Below the pieces are notes generated by a model that was not told the DNA's origin, did no database searches, and saw nothing but the letters and a program-made list of their open reading frames with translations. DNA of 64,000 nucleotides from NCBI GenBank assembly GCA_013239625.1, contig MU054001.1, positions 3,230,151-3,294,150 of the forward strand, in the 5' to 3' direction. Positions 12,158 to 24,765 of this stretch are shown piece after piece. This stretch comes from Lama guanicoe. Lineage: Eukaryota. Both the position numbers and the translations under genes were made by a program. Each line of letters starts with the position of its first letter. Position 1 is the stretch's first letter.

Positions 12158-12390
12158 TCAGTAACTCATATAAGTACTTATTTTGTGCCAGGCACTGTTC
12201 TCAGCACTTTACAAGTATTAATTTATTTAAGCCTCATTACAATACTCTGGCCTAAGCCCTTATGCATCATTGCTGTTTAACAGATCTGGAAACTGTGGCC
12301 TTGGGAGGTTAAGTAACTTACCTGAAGTCACTTTGCCTCCACGTGGGACTCAATCCCAGGCAAGCTGGCTCAAGTCCAAGGGCTTCTCAG
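12158..12390 (-). mobile_element. MIR SINE
   Basis: ttgtgccaggcactgttctcagcactttacaagtattaatttatttaagcctc...gaggttaagtaacttacctgaagtcac. Confidence 0.85.
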
Positions 12391-12789
12391 AGACCCCAGA
12401 AGCAGATCACAGATACACCACACTTGGGCTATCTGCCTTCAGAGGGGCCACATTCAAGACTCTCCAAGGCAGGACTTTGCTGTCATTTTCAGGATTTGTC
12501 CCTATCACTAATGCCTTAAATCTGTTCTACTCACACCTGACCACCCGCTTCTGTGATCTGAAACATCTGCTGAGCATTGATGGCCTGTCTTTCTAGTTCT
12601 TGTCTGTCTGTTGGATCAGATTACAGGCATCTCATTGTGCCCTGATCTCTGGTATTTTGGGTCCTCTTTTCCTGTTTGCTCCCCAGGTGTCTCTGCCTTA
12701 CGTGAATAGATCTAACTGCTCATACTCAGCTCTAGGATTCTCTCATCTCCCGCACCTTCCTGCTCCTGATCCCTGATGGTCTCCTGCAT

Positions 12790-12885
12790 CCATCACTAGC
12801 CTGCAGATAGCATCACATCCACTGCCTGCTAGGCAACAGATACTCAGTGAATGTTTGTTGAATGAATGCATGAGCGAATAAATGT
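12790..12885 (+). mobile_element. L2 3' end
   Basis: cactgcctgctaggcaacagatactcagtgaatgtttgttgaatgaatgcatg. Confidence 0.65.
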
Positions 12886-13249
12886 CAAGTAAACAAACGA
12901 GGCCTCTGCCAAGTGCTAAGGCCCTAAACCTGGTCTCGTAAGGTGCCCTCCCACTTGAGACAATTATCCAAACACATTAATCCCTGAAAGAAGCTGGAAC
13001 CAGGTCATTACTTTGAGCAGAAAACAGAAGTTAAAAGCAACTCTTTCTTTGAGTCCCCAAACGTGGTTTCAAAGGGTTCAAACTCATTCCAGCTGGAAGG
13101 ATTCCATCCTTAACATCTTTCTAAAAAGCACTGGGCAAAAACTTATGGGGAAAAAATGCTGGCAAAATAACGTAAAAGAAATGAACAAAATACAGAAATT
13201 TTATCTTATATCTCCAACCCCCAACTACAGCCACGTGTCCTTCAGATTC

Positions 13250-13622
13250 TAGAACACATCATGTTCCTTCCCCAACAAGGCCCTGGACCACTATTCCTTC
13301 AGCCTGGAATGCTGTCCTGGCCCTTCCTTGGTTATCAAGTCCCCTCACACTTATTCCCTCGAAGTCATCTCAATCATTAATTCCTCACGGAATATTTCTT
13401 TGACCATCCCACCTAAGTCAAATCTTACTGCAGATTGTAGCATCACATCCCTCTTCTCTACATTTGTCAGAGTTACATTTTCACTTTGGGTTGTCAGTCT
13501 GATCAGTGTTGGACTCCTCCAGTCAAACATTCACTGCATCGGGCCAGAATTTGTGCTTTACATCATGCTAATATAGTATCTGACATAGTGTAGGTTGTCA
13601 ACAGGCTGCTGAATGAACAAGT
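13250..13622 (+). mobile_element. L2 LINE 3' region
   Basis: ctattccttcagcctggaatgctgtcc...tatctgacatagtgtaggttgtcaacaggctgctgaatgaacaa. Confidence 0.7.
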
Positions 13623-13629
13623 GTATTAG

Positions 13630-13796
13630 ATCCATGTCTCAGCTACTGTGAGTGTGACTTGCTAACAGCTCACAGTTACCCTTCCTTGAGAATTGCCTTC
13701 AGCTGATGGGAACTACCTCAGCCAGGAGACTAAACTCTGCCCAGGGCTGCCTGTAGCAAATGACTGGATGATTTGAAGGTGAAAAAGGCTGGTGCC
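13630..13796 (+). mobile_element. ERVL LTR16-family LTR, 5' part
   Basis: gctaacagctcacagttacc...gaattgccttcagctgatgggaactacctcagcc...caaatgactgg matches the LTR16 consensus. Confidence 0.75.
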
Positions 13797-14805
13797 CCAT
13801 GACAGGGTACCGCCTTCACATCCTCTAGGATGGCTATGGTGAAAATGATAGTCACAAGTGTTGGCAGAGACAGGGAGGAACTGGAGCCCTCATACTTTGT
13901 GGGTGGGAATATAAGATGGTGCAGCCGCTGTGGAAAATAGTTTGGCAGTTTCTCAGAAAGTCAGCCATAGCAATTCCAAGCAATCCAGGAATTCAATTCC
14001 TATGATGTAATCTGAGAGAAACAAAAACAATTCACGCAAAAATATGTACAGGTACATTCACAGAAGCACTATTCACAAGAGCCAAAAGGTCGGGAAAAAC
14101 CCAAATGTCCATCAACTGATAAATGGATAAACCAACTGTGGTATAACCACACAATGGAATAGTATTCAGCCTTAAAAAGGAATGAGATACTGATAAATGC
14201 TACAATGTGGATGAACCTTGAAAACAGAATGTTAAACAGAAGAAGCCAGACAAAAAATGCTATCTAGTATATGAGCCCATTTATATGAAACGTCCAGAAG
14301 AGGCAAATCTATAGAGACAGAAAGCACATTCACAGCTTCACAGGGCTAAAAAAAAAAAAAAAAAAAGATTTGCAGATACTAACTAAAATACAGAAAATAG
14401 ATAAATAACCAGTTCATACAGGGAGCCATATTCAATATCTTGTAGTAACTTACAGTGAGAAAGAATATGAAAATGAATATATGTATGTTCCTGTATGACT
14501 GAAGCATTGTGCTGTACACCAGAAATTGACACAGCATTGCAAGCTGACTATAGTTACTATAGTTCAATAAAAATACATTAAAAAAACAACAACCCCAAAA
14601 CATAGTTTCCAGGGGCTTGGGGAGGGAGGAGTGGAAGGGATTACTAATGGAAGTCAAGATTTCCTTTTGAGGTGAAGAGAAAGTTCTGAAATTAGATCGT
14701 GATAAAGGTTACACAACACTGAATGTGCTTAATGCTACCTAATTGCACACTTTAAAACAGTTACACTGGTAAATGTTATGTTATGAGTATCTTGCTGCCA
14801 TATAA
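13797..14805 (+). mobile_element. L1MB-family (L1MB5-8-like) 3' end, interrupted by a younger L1
   Basis: taggatggcta...ggtgcagccgctgtggaaaatagtttggcag...cccaaatgtccatcaactgataaatggataa...gtccagaagaggcaaatctatagagacagaaag...ttgcacactttaaaa. Confidence 0.9.
14348..14600 (+). mobile_element. Young camelid-type L1 3' end inserted in L1MB
   Basis: gatttgcagatactaacta...aagaatatgaaaatgaatatatgtatgttc...gctgtacaccagaaattgacac...ttcaataaaaa plus A-rich tail. Confidence 0.85.
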
Positions 14806-15050
14806 AAAGAAGGCCTGGCACCTCGCCCCAAGGCAAGGAGACCTGGGTGGCCTGACCTATGCTTTGGAGTGTCCCACAGATCAGGCCAACTTTAGACCTT
14901 ATGTAGGACCACATCCTTGCCTGGCATCCTCCTCTGCCCTGTCCTGTCCCTCCCGGCCTTACAGTTTTCACCTAAGACCACTCCCTTAGTAAATCAAGGA
15001 TTTCTTCATGCCTGTCTCAGGCTCTGCTTCTATGGCACTTGACCTAACAC
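14806..15050 (+). mobile_element. ERVL LTR16-family LTR, 3' part (continuation of 13630-13796)
   Basis: ccacatccttgcctggcatcctcctctgccctgtcctgtccctccc...gtctcaggctctgcttctatggcacttgacctaacaca (LTR16A-like 3' terminus). Confidence 0.75.
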
Positions 15051-16640
15051 AATAAATGAACCAGCAAATAAAATGAATGTGGAAATAAAAATGTTAAATA
15101 CCCAAGCCCTCACAGCTAGGAGCTGGGATTCAAACCACGTGGGTTTGACCCCAGAGTCTACTCTCCAACCTGTATGCTGCCTCCCTGATGAGTTTACCAG
15201 AGGAAACCCTGTCTCGTCAGGTCAGGACTGTGGGGCCAGACCATGTTCCTGTAGGGACCACGGTTCTGCCTTCTTGGAATATGTCTGCACCTCAGTCTAA
15301 ATAGGCAGCCTATATAAGTGGTCCTTTCCCTGGGACCTCAACCCTCATATAATGTGAAACAAAACAAAATTTAAAACATGATGGAAACAGCCCATCTCCC
15401 CAATCCTTCCATGTAACAGAGAAGTTATTGTACGTGGAAAGTCAGCTGTCCAAGCTGACAACACCAGAGTCTCAAAACATATAGAATGACTACATTAACT
15501 CACTTACCCTTGTGAAGACCTTAATACTATTCCATCATTGAACAGCTGAAGCCCCCAAATAAATATCTATTTAAAGGCAAATTTGTAAATGCCTTAGTGT
15601 AGTCATAATAACAGTATTGTCATTTTTACTGAACATGCTCAGAGCAGTGGATTATTTATAGCATTATGTTCAGTGTTAAACACTTCAGGACACAAATAAT
15701 AAACTTTTTTTTTAGAGTTTGGGAGTTTATGAAATATATAATAATAGAAGTAAAATCTAATTGGGGGAATGATGGGGAGAAATTACGTGACTGAATTAGT
15801 AATATTTTTAAATGTAACTAGTTTAAATGTAAACAATAAAAAAATTTAATTCATTAAGAACAAAGCAAAAAGGAAATTCCAAAAAGAAAATGAAATACAT
15901 AACTACCAATGTTTCTAGTGCTGAAAAAAATGTTCCATGTAGCGTAAGAGATATGAGTAGATATGATTTACGAAGTCAATAAAAAGACTGAGTATTTTTC
16001 TGTAATCGACTTTCCTGCCTCACCAATTAATAGTGAACTTATTATGGCTTTCTGCATGACGCTTTTGGAATGCCAAGTCCTTTGGTCCTAAAACCTCAGG
16101 GCAGATGAACATTTTAGGTGATTAAAACAAAACACGTTTAGGAAATGATGTTCTTAAAGGCCTGCGGGAAGAAATTCACACCGTTCTTTACAATTTCATT
16201 GGAGGAGAGAAATAAATGTCTGTCAAATTAACTTTGCTCCATCTCTTAAAGGGCAGAAAACACAACAACAAATGCAAATCCCAAAGCACGACTTGCTTTC
16301 TCTCAGTCGTCTTGATGGGAAAGATGGTGGTTTCTGCCATAGGTAACGCAGGCTCCCATCAAACACTTCAGCTTCTGGATCCAGCTAGCATAATACTCAT
16401 CCCTAAGGCATCCAGATGTGTGTAGCGAAGAGGTGGGAGGAGAAGAAGGGCAGTGATAACGACTCTCTTCTCTTGTCCCTGGGACGTCCTACTTCCCTCT
16501 CCTCATGACTTGAACTTGAAAGCCCAGTATCCCCTAATCGCAATTCTAAAGCTAAATGCTTGATCTCTATTCCAGCAACCAAGCTTGTTACCTGGATACA
16601 GGTGACCCAAGTCAATAGAAGCATGATTACCACGATTGGT

Positions 16641-17031
16641 TGTCTCATTTATACCTGTACTACTGCTATGTGATAAACTAACCCAAATTCTAGTGGCTTA
16701 AAACAATAATCAGGAATTATTTCTCATGTCTGGGAGTCAGCTCATCTAGGCTATTGGGATGCAGGTGGTTCTGGTCCACAGATGTCTCATCCTCTCCTGA
16801 CACCAATGGGCTACCCCAGGTATATCATTCTTGCGGCATCAGCAGGGGTGGGCTGGGGCTTCACACCCTCTCACTTTTGTCTCATTTTATTAACCAAAGT
16901 AATTCACATGACCAACCTAAGAGCCAAGGGTGGGGAAACATACCCCTCCCTTTTTGTTGGGGAAACTTCAAAATCACCCAGCAAAGGGCGCGCAGAGGTG
17001 AAGAATTGGTGCTATTAGTTCAATCTACCAC
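16641..17031 (-). mobile_element. MaLR solo LTR (MLT1H/G-like)
   Basis: aacccaaattctagtggcttaaaacaataa...accaaagtaattcacatgaccaacctaagagccaagggtggggaaa...caatctaccac. Confidence 0.8.
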
Positions 17032-17054
17032 GTTTATCATTTTTTATATTTATT

Positions 17055-17320
17055 CATATGTTTATTTTCTTATTCATTTATTCTTTCATTCATTCATTCA
17101 TGCAATACATACTTAGTACAAATCTTGTATTGGACATGAGGATAAGATCCCCGTTCTCCTGGGACTTGTGTTTTCATGAAAAAGACAAACAACAAATGAA
17201 TAAAAAATAGGATATTATCATAGGTGTTGTGAAGGAAATAAGTAACACTCTGACCTGAAGAGAGATGGGATGATGGAAGAAAGAGGAAGGCTGATCTAGA
17301 AAGAGTTGTTGGGGAAGCAC
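17055..17320 (-). mobile_element. L2 3' region
   Basis: (ttca)n tail followed by aagatccccgttctcctgggacttgtgttt...gtgaaggaaataag. Confidence 0.65.
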
Positions 17321-17797
17321 CCCTCCCACTGATCTGCCTGATTTGCACCGGTGGTCAAGTCATGAAACTTTATGCCTGCCATGCATCACGTGACTTGATG
17401 CCAGTCCTGAAATACATTGATTAGCTCACTATTGCATCATTTGTGTCTCCTGGCATTTCTTGGCAGTAGGCTGGGTGGGTATCAGATAGCAAAACATGGG
17501 TCACATAGGACAGTGCGGTGCGAGAAAGAAAGCGTGGTCCCAGGGAGGCTGAAATTAACTCTCCAGGAGAAGAGAAAACTAGTAAGAACAAGGTAAGGGA
17601 CAAAAGGTAGAGGGGATTTTGCAGGTGGGCAAGAGGTCTGAAAACTACTGACCCAAATGCGTGGTTGTATTGAGCTGCCCTTCCCACACAAAGCATTCTG
17701 AGAACACAAGGCAGTGTGAGGGAAGGGTCGAGGAAAGACTTGCCAGCTTCATAGATCAGCTCTTAATACCAAACTGTGCCTTTTCCTTAAAAATATA

Positions 17798-17870
17798 ACA
17801 CTGGAAATTGACATACAATATTGTAAACTGACTATAACTCAATAAAATAAAATTTAAAAGAAGAAAAAAT
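17798..17870 (+). mobile_element. Very short camelid-type L1 3' tip with TSD
   Basis: acactggaaattgacatacaatattgtaaactgactataactcaataaaa plus A tail; TSD aaaatata at 17790-17797 and 17871-17878 at a TT/AAAA site. Confidence 0.8.
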
Positions 17871-17989
17871 AAAATATAGTAATATAATTCTTTATTTTTT
17901 TGCACACAAGATGTATGCAAAGGAAAGATGATGACCTAGTACACCAGAAATGAAATTCTTGGGTAGGGTGTATAATGAACAAAGCAATA

Positions 17990-18100
17990 TATCATTTTTT
18001 TCCAAATTAGGAAACAGGCTCACAGAAGGGAAATGATAACCTCAGGGTCACCCAGAGCTTGGACCTGGGGCCCAATGCCCATTCCGTCTGCTTGGTAATC
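17990..18100 (-). mobile_element. MIR fragment
   Basis: aggaaacaggctcacagaagggaaatgataacctcagggtcacccag. Confidence 0.6.
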
Positions 18101-18944
18101 TTCCATTCCAACAGGGATCTTGACTAGGGAATCAATGCAGTTTGTTTGGGATTGAATATTCATTTGTTTTAAAATCAGAAGTTTTGTTTGTTTGTTTGTT
18201 TTTTCCCTGGGAACTCTGTGTGTGGCTTCTTTATTGTATTTTTAATATATTCAAATTACAGTTCCCTTTTCTTTTTCACCCTCTAAGAAGAGTAGGCAGA
18301 ATTCAACTGATATTGACTTTTACTAAGACAAATTCTAGATTTATTGACCTGAGAAATAAATATTAATAGAGGTTAAATTGAGGTCAATTTTTACTCCAAG
18401 AGATGATAAATCTTGATATTTTTTTTCCCCTGGTTGGTTGGTCAATATCTTCTCTGTGCCATCCATGCATGCTCCCATCGTCAGGTTCTCCCAAGGGAAA
18501 AGACAGCTCCCGAGAGGGATGCGAAAGGAGCAGTGTCTCCCGCATCACCACTCTGCCTTGTAAGGTGCTTAGGACACACAGATCTCAAGTTAACCCAGCT
18601 GGTTATCACAAGACTTTCACTATTCCCTAGGCCAAATCATGTGTCTAAAAACATCAGGAGCTTCCTTGGTATTTCAGCAATCAATTTTAGGGTTTTTTTT
18701 TTTTCACACATACTCTCACAATTCTCATCCTTTGCAGATCATCCACCATAGTAAGAGAAAGATATAAAACATATGTAGGTAATCCTAGGATTTCACTGAA
18801 GGGAAGTGTTTCAGCTTCTCCACTAAAACTCTGAAGACAAGATTCTCTCCCCTGCGCTGTCCACCTGTTTCTGCATTACTATTAAAAAGATGGTGATGGA
18901 TATTTCATTCAACAAATATTGACTGCCTAGTATTTTCTCCTAAG

Positions 18945-19170
18945 TCATACTTATATATGCCAAGCACTGTTTTAAAAGCTGTATATATTATATCATTTAT
19001 TCCTCATAACCACCTCATGAGGTGGGCACAATCATTATGGTGCATCAGATCCATCAGTCAAAGAAACTGAGGCACAAAGAAGTTAAATAACCTGTCCAGG
19101 ATCACACAGCCAAGATCTAAACCTTGGCAGTCAGGTTGCAAATCTGTACTTGCTCCAACCACTTTCCACA
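18945..19170 (-). mobile_element. MIR SINE, apparently inserted within an L2 3' end (L2 pieces at about 18900-18930 and 19180-19225)
   Basis: tatgccaagcactgttttaaaagc...gaaactgaggcacaaagaagttaaataacctgtccaggatcacacagc; flanks ttcattcaacaaatattgactgcct and gttctgagaatgcagcaatgaatgagaca. Confidence 0.8.
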
Positions 19171-19624
19171 GTGTATCTTACAATACTGGGTTCTGAGAAT
19201 GCAGCAATGAATGAGACATTTAAAGTATGTGTGCTTATTTTTTTGCATGTACTTTTAAGCACTGAGAAATGATGGGAAGTTTATATAAAAACTCAATAGA
19301 AACAGAGAGATGTAGAGAGAGAGTGAGCTGTTATCTCTGGGCAATAGAAACTTAGGTATTTTTCTTTTTCCTTGTCCTTATTTCCTACACTTCCCACGGT
19401 TTTGTTTGTAAGGTAACATGGGTTATCCAAGAACCATGCAAAGAATTGTAAATAAGTCAGGAGTGCAAATTCTTCACAATTTAAGTTACCATTAATTTCA
19501 AGAATCATAGATGAGCTACAGATGCCCAAGGAGCTATAAAAAATGATACTTCATTCAGAATAGATCAAAAGTCAGAGCAGAAAGTTTCCAGGACACAGTT
19601 CCACTACTAATTAGTAATATCTCT

Positions 19625-19940
19625 CAATAAATTAGGAATGTATTTGGCTGCAAGTAATAGAAAACCTAGCAGTAGATTAGACAGAAGATTGTTTAATCTG
19701 TCTATCTACCATCTTTCTATTTATTTATGTTTCCCTATCTAGAGGTCCAGGAGTAGGTAATACTTTGTGTTGGTTTAGAGGGTCAACAATATTGTCCACA
19801 TTGATCTCAGAAAACCAGCTTTTTACATCCATTGGAAGTTCTATCTTTCACATTTCAGCTTTGAGTTCTCATGCTTGTCATGTCATAAATCGCAAGTTGA
19901 CTGTCTTGGCTCTCAATGTCATGTAGCATTAACAATGTCA
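19625..19940 (-). mobile_element. MaLR LTR (MLT1J-like)
   Basis: ttaggaatgtatttggctgcaagtaatagaaaacc...gaggtccaggagtagg. Confidence 0.65.
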
Positions 19941-19965
19941 ACACACATGTTGACAGTTTGTGTGT

Positions 19966-20200
19966 TATTTAGTATATTTAGTCTTAGCTGTTCTGGTAAA
20001 TACGTGATATATTTCATTATGGTTCTAATTTACATTTCTCTAATGTCCAGTATGATTAGTGGTTAGTTTATATACTTACTTGTAAATGTCTATTCAAGTA
20101 TTTTGCCCATTTTATGTTTTATTGCATTGTCTTTGTCTTATTGATATGTGGATGTTTATTTATTTTGGATACAGATCTTCTGTTGAATACAATATTGCCC
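19966..20200 (-). mobile_element. Ancient L1M fragment
   Basis: atttcattatggttctaatttacatttctctaatg...aaatgtctattcaagtattttgcccatttt...tattttggatacag. Confidence 0.75.
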
Positions 20201-20539
20201 ATCCACACCACACACACAAAAGGTATAAAGAAATGTATTTCTTTATGTATTTATGAATATGTCATTGCATACTTGCCCAAACACATTACCTCATTTCACT
20301 TAGGATCTGGCAAAAAGTTTATGGATGAAATAAACTTCTAACTTTTTTCAATTAGCATATGCATTAAATTATATAGGGACCATTTCTCTAATTTTTGCTT
20401 TTAATTGTGAATATTTAGACTTCATGATACATTTAAGAGGAATTAAACTAACCTAAGAAGTTCTTAATTTATTATAAAATGATGTTTGTATCTTTTACCA
20501 TAAAAAGTAATGTGAGATTTGTCCCAGCCTCACATTTGG

Positions 20540-21010
20540 AATGAAGCCTGATCCAAGCATCGCTCCCTCAGTGAGAGGGAGTCATATTCTACTAACCGAA
20601 ACTTCCGTTATGTTAGTGTCGATGTTTTGCAGATTAAAATCAGGGACAATTCAAATAAGAGGCTGAGATTTCTTCTTCCATCTCCAATAATTCGAGGCTT
20701 TGAAGTTAAGTGTAGTCGAATAGAAGATCTATGTGTGACTGTTTTAGCACTTAGCCATGTATGGTAAATATTAGTGAAGATACGTCCACACTAATAAGTG
20801 TTGGATCTCTTTGTTTATTTCAAGCCCATTTGTCTTCTGAATAGGCACGCTGGTATATTGCGTGTACACTCTGGTGGGCTCTTGTCATCAGTCTGTGGGT
20901 TATAAATGCAATGCATTTAAGGCATTGGGTATCCTGTAAAATAATAATAATGCCACTTTATTTCCCTCCCTTTCTGTCAGACTCACCGACACTATAATAA
21001 ATTCCTATTT
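20540..21010. promoter_or_regulatory. Candidate conserved non-coding element
   Basis: Repeat-free, high-complexity block with retained CpGs and FOX-like sites (ggtaaatatt, tgtttattt); conservation inferred only. Confidence 0.35.
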
Positions 21011-21784
21011 AGAGTGGGCGATCCAAACAACCAGGAATCCAAACAATCACAAATCTTGACTAATCTGAGTTTAGATAGGAATATGGGAGGACTTTATCCA
21101 ACGATATTGGGAAGAGGGCCTCTAAGCTCATATTTTTTATTGCCTTCTGAATCATCAAAGGAAGCTTACAGTGTGATTCAAGGCAATTTTAGTATGCATG
21201 TTTTGTGAATTTCTTTTTCGTTTTGAAAATGGATTATTTATAACATGTATAAAGGACATATAAAATGTATATAAACCTCTCAGTTTACCAAAATATTAGT
21301 CGATAGCTATTTCGTGGGCATTTATCATACACTGAGAATTGTGCTGGACAGAGTGAAGAATACAGGAAAAGTATATTTAAGGAGAGGGATAGTGTTAACA
21401 TTCTTAGAACAGGGGGAGAACAAACTTGGTGAGCTTTGTGACATAGGCCCCACGTGTGACAAGAGCTCAACAAAGAATACACCCCAGTGTGATGAAGCAA
21501 CGGGAGAAAGTGGGACTTAATCTGAGTCTTAAATCTGAGGTAGGTTGGAGATGAAAAAGTGGAAAAGTGATATATGCAAAACCTCCAAAATTCAGTGGCT
21601 TAAAAAAAGACAGAAATTTATTCTCACAGAAAAGTCATCAGGACAGTGACTGACATAGTTCCATTGTCAAGTTGCTTTGCTCACCTTATTTTCCAACTGA
21701 TTTTTCATTTTAAGTAAAGTAAGTAGGATAAGGTTAGACACACACTAAGAGCAAAACAAAAAGGGGCTGTTCTCGTTCAACAAC

Positions 21785-21990
21785 CGCTAAGGGCCAGGCA
21801 CTCCGCTGGGCCTCTGCCATCTTTTCCCCATAAATCCTAGCAACGATACTATAATGATGCTATGATCATATCTATCTCACAAATAATAAAACCAAAGTTC
21901 AGAAGTGAAATATCTTGTCCAGTATCACAGTGTAAGAAGCAGGAATAAAACCTAGATCTGTCATGCTCCAAATTGTACGCTTTTCCCATT
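21785..21990 (-). mobile_element. MIR SINE
   Basis: gccaggcactccgctgggc...agaagtgaaatatcttgtccagtatcacag...aacctagatctgtc. Confidence 0.65.
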
Positions 21991-22974
21991 ACATTTTCAC
22001 TTTAGTGTTGTGTTTTGGAATTAATGCCTATAAACTGAGTCATGCAAACGCCCTGGGCCTTTTTCGGCCTTCCGCCATCAACTGAACAAAGCAAGGGAAC
22101 TCATTCCTCAAGGACATTTCCAAAGGACCTGGGGGTCTGGATTCTGAATTCCAGCCACTTCACTTCAAAGAGAAGTTCCTGGTGATGCCATCTGATTTAA
22201 GTCTCCAGGAAGAGCTGACCATTTAAGCCAGTATTTCTCAGGAGACTTCCCACCTCCAAATCCCATAAGCTTCCCAAATTTCACTGGTTTTCCACTTCTC
22301 AAAAGTAAGTTCAGAAGAAACTCCCAAGTCACCAAATATGAAGTAAGCTCAGATCTGCACCTAGTGCTAAGCCAAAGCAAACCCATTTATATTCCTGTAG
22401 CTTTACACTGAAGTCCAAATATTCTTGTAAGTGAAGTGATACCTTTTTAACAAGCATCAGCTTTACACTCAGTGAGACCAGAAAACTCGTACAAACTTGT
22501 CCCAGTTGTTGAGCAACTCATGGAAATCTCCATTTTAGCATGTGCTACTTTTATTTTAATCCCAGTGTCCAGTGTATTAGATAACATTCGGTAGTCACAG
22601 CTTAATACGGGGTGTTGTTCCCCTTTTACTAGGTGTTAGCAGACATCATATCACTGAAGTTCCCCTTGATGTGATCCTAGCCCAGCCTTCGCCTTTGCTT
22701 ATTTAGGTAACCAACCGTTTTCAGGAAAAAATGCCTAGCTACCTCTAAGTCAAGTGAAGATGGCTGGGACTGGGCAAAGAATCATGGGGTCGGGGGCGGG
22801 GAATGTCTTGATTATTTCTCAATGTCCCTTATGTCTAATCTTCTATTTCAAAAGCCCAAAGAATCCCATTCACTCATGTCTAAGGGTTCTGAGAACGAGA
22901 AACTGATTCATCCCCACGAAAACATGTAAACACAGTTGAGGTACACACCAGAACGCTACGATGGTCCATGAGAA

Positions 22975-23315
22975 TGATTTGCTGATTTATTTAACACAGA
23001 TTCATTGAATAGATGCCTACTAACAGCCAGACACCATACTGGATCCTGAAGACACAACAGAAAACAAAGCATTGTCATGATCTTTATGAAGATAATATAT
23101 TTGTAGAGGGAAATGTATTCATCAACTAGTCCCACAGACAGAATTATAACAAAGACATGTGTCACCACAGAAAAGTGTATGATACCAAGAGAGCCTAAAA
23201 AAATAGAGACATGTGGCCCAATCTAGCAAGTTATGGAAGGCTTTGTTCAGAAAAAGACCACGAAAAGAGAGGGAGAGAGAGAGAACATTCTAGGCAGAAG
23301 ACTATCATTGTAAAC
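22975..23315 (-). mobile_element. L2 LINE 3' region
   Basis: ttcattgaatagatgcctactaacagccagacaccatactggatcctgaagacac...gaacattctaggcagaag. Confidence 0.75.
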
Positions 23316-23440
23316 CCTATTTAAAAAAAAAAAAATCTCCAAATTTGGAAATTAGGCAAAAAGATGGCTGTGGGTCTTTTCAAGGTCATAATGGAGTATT
23401 GTCTAAAAGGCCCACCTGAGGATTATTTAATTCTCTAGGG

Positions 23441-23645
23441 CAGACCAGCACACTTTTTCTGTAAAGACCCAGATAGCAAATATTTCAAGCTTTATTTTGA
23501 GCCTGGGCTATATATAGTGTCTGTGGCATATTCTTCTTTGTTGTTCAACCCATTAAAAATGTAAAAAACATTCTAAGCTCTCAACTTGTACAAAAAGAGG
23601 CCATGAGCTTCAGTTGGCCCACAGGTCATGATTTGCCAACCCCTA
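23441..23645. mobile_element. MER58-family hAT-Charlie MITE
   Basis: cagcacactttttctgtaaagacccagatagcaaatatttc...ttggcccacaggtcatgatttgccaacccct; 8-bp flanks ctctaggg/tcctagga (Charlie-type target). Confidence 0.85.
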
Positions 23646-24279
23646 TCCTAGGAGCGTCTACCTTTAGTTGCCATAGTCTTTACTATTGATTGGGGCTCAG
23701 ACTCTGGGACGTTACAGTTAACTTGGAGATATTTCTGTCTGGGAGAGATTCAAATGATTTCTTCTTGTAGAAAAATATAACCCAAAGATTACGGTTTCAC
23801 TGCCTTGGAGTCCACTAACCACTTTTGTATCTAAACTAACAATCTTATTCCAACATTCTTTTCCTAGTACCTAAAAATACTCAGTTTCTCAAATGCTCTT
23901 GGAGCCAGCATTACTATCTTGTTGGCTCCTTCATTAAGGAGCTTAATAAATCTTTGCGCCTGCTCACTTTGTATTTGTATGGGAGTCTTGTCTGTCTGTC
24001 CTTCTCTTTATTTAGCTCTGCTCTGGTTTCAGAGGGCACTGTTACTTTCTTCATTTTCAGATCCTTGGGGCTACCTAACTGTAGCCCCCAAGTCCTGTAG
24101 CATTTATTCCTAAGACTGTTCAAACTTACAGTTCCATCAGATTACTCTGTGCAGTCCATGTATAATATCCTTGGCAAATTATGGAATGTCTCTAGTAGAT
24201 AAAATATATTTTAATGAATGAAGAGGTTAGTATTTCATAAACCCGAGAAAGTGTAAACTGACTTCCTCTATCAACAGTT

Positions 24280-24765
24280 TAAAATCAATTTGGAGGCATT
24301 TGGAAAGCATTTTAAAGAGCAGCTAGACATCAATAAAATTTAATTAATTGGTTCTATGGATGCACATGTAAATTGGGTGTTAATTATGCTAGCAATGCTC
24401 TTCCATTAAAAATTAAGCTCATGATTAGTAACCAAGAAAAACAAGCCGTCATTCTATAAACAAGTCTCATTCCCTTGTATTTGAACCCAACCTTTCGGTA
24501 ATTAAATCATAACTCTACATTTACTCAGATGAGTCTGAGCCCTGATGGATGACTGGCGAGTGAGCTTCACTTGGCTGTTCCATAAAAACAATTGATAACT
24601 GTGGAGATAAGTTATGTGCGATTGAGCTGCCCTTTAATACAGGACTATTGAATTATTGAAAGTTCCTTCCTATCTAATTGACACCAAACAAAGGAATGGT
24701 TGACAATTGCAAGAGATAGAGTGGAGATTAGTGATCATTTCAGAGCTGATGACATTTGAAGATGG
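24280..24765. promoter_or_regulatory. Candidate conserved enhancer (homeodomain/PBX-HOX-rich)
   Basis: Multiple TAATTA sites, TGATGGAT at 24543-24550, CCATAAAA, SOX-like AACAATTG and AACAAAG; repeat-free. Confidence 0.5.
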
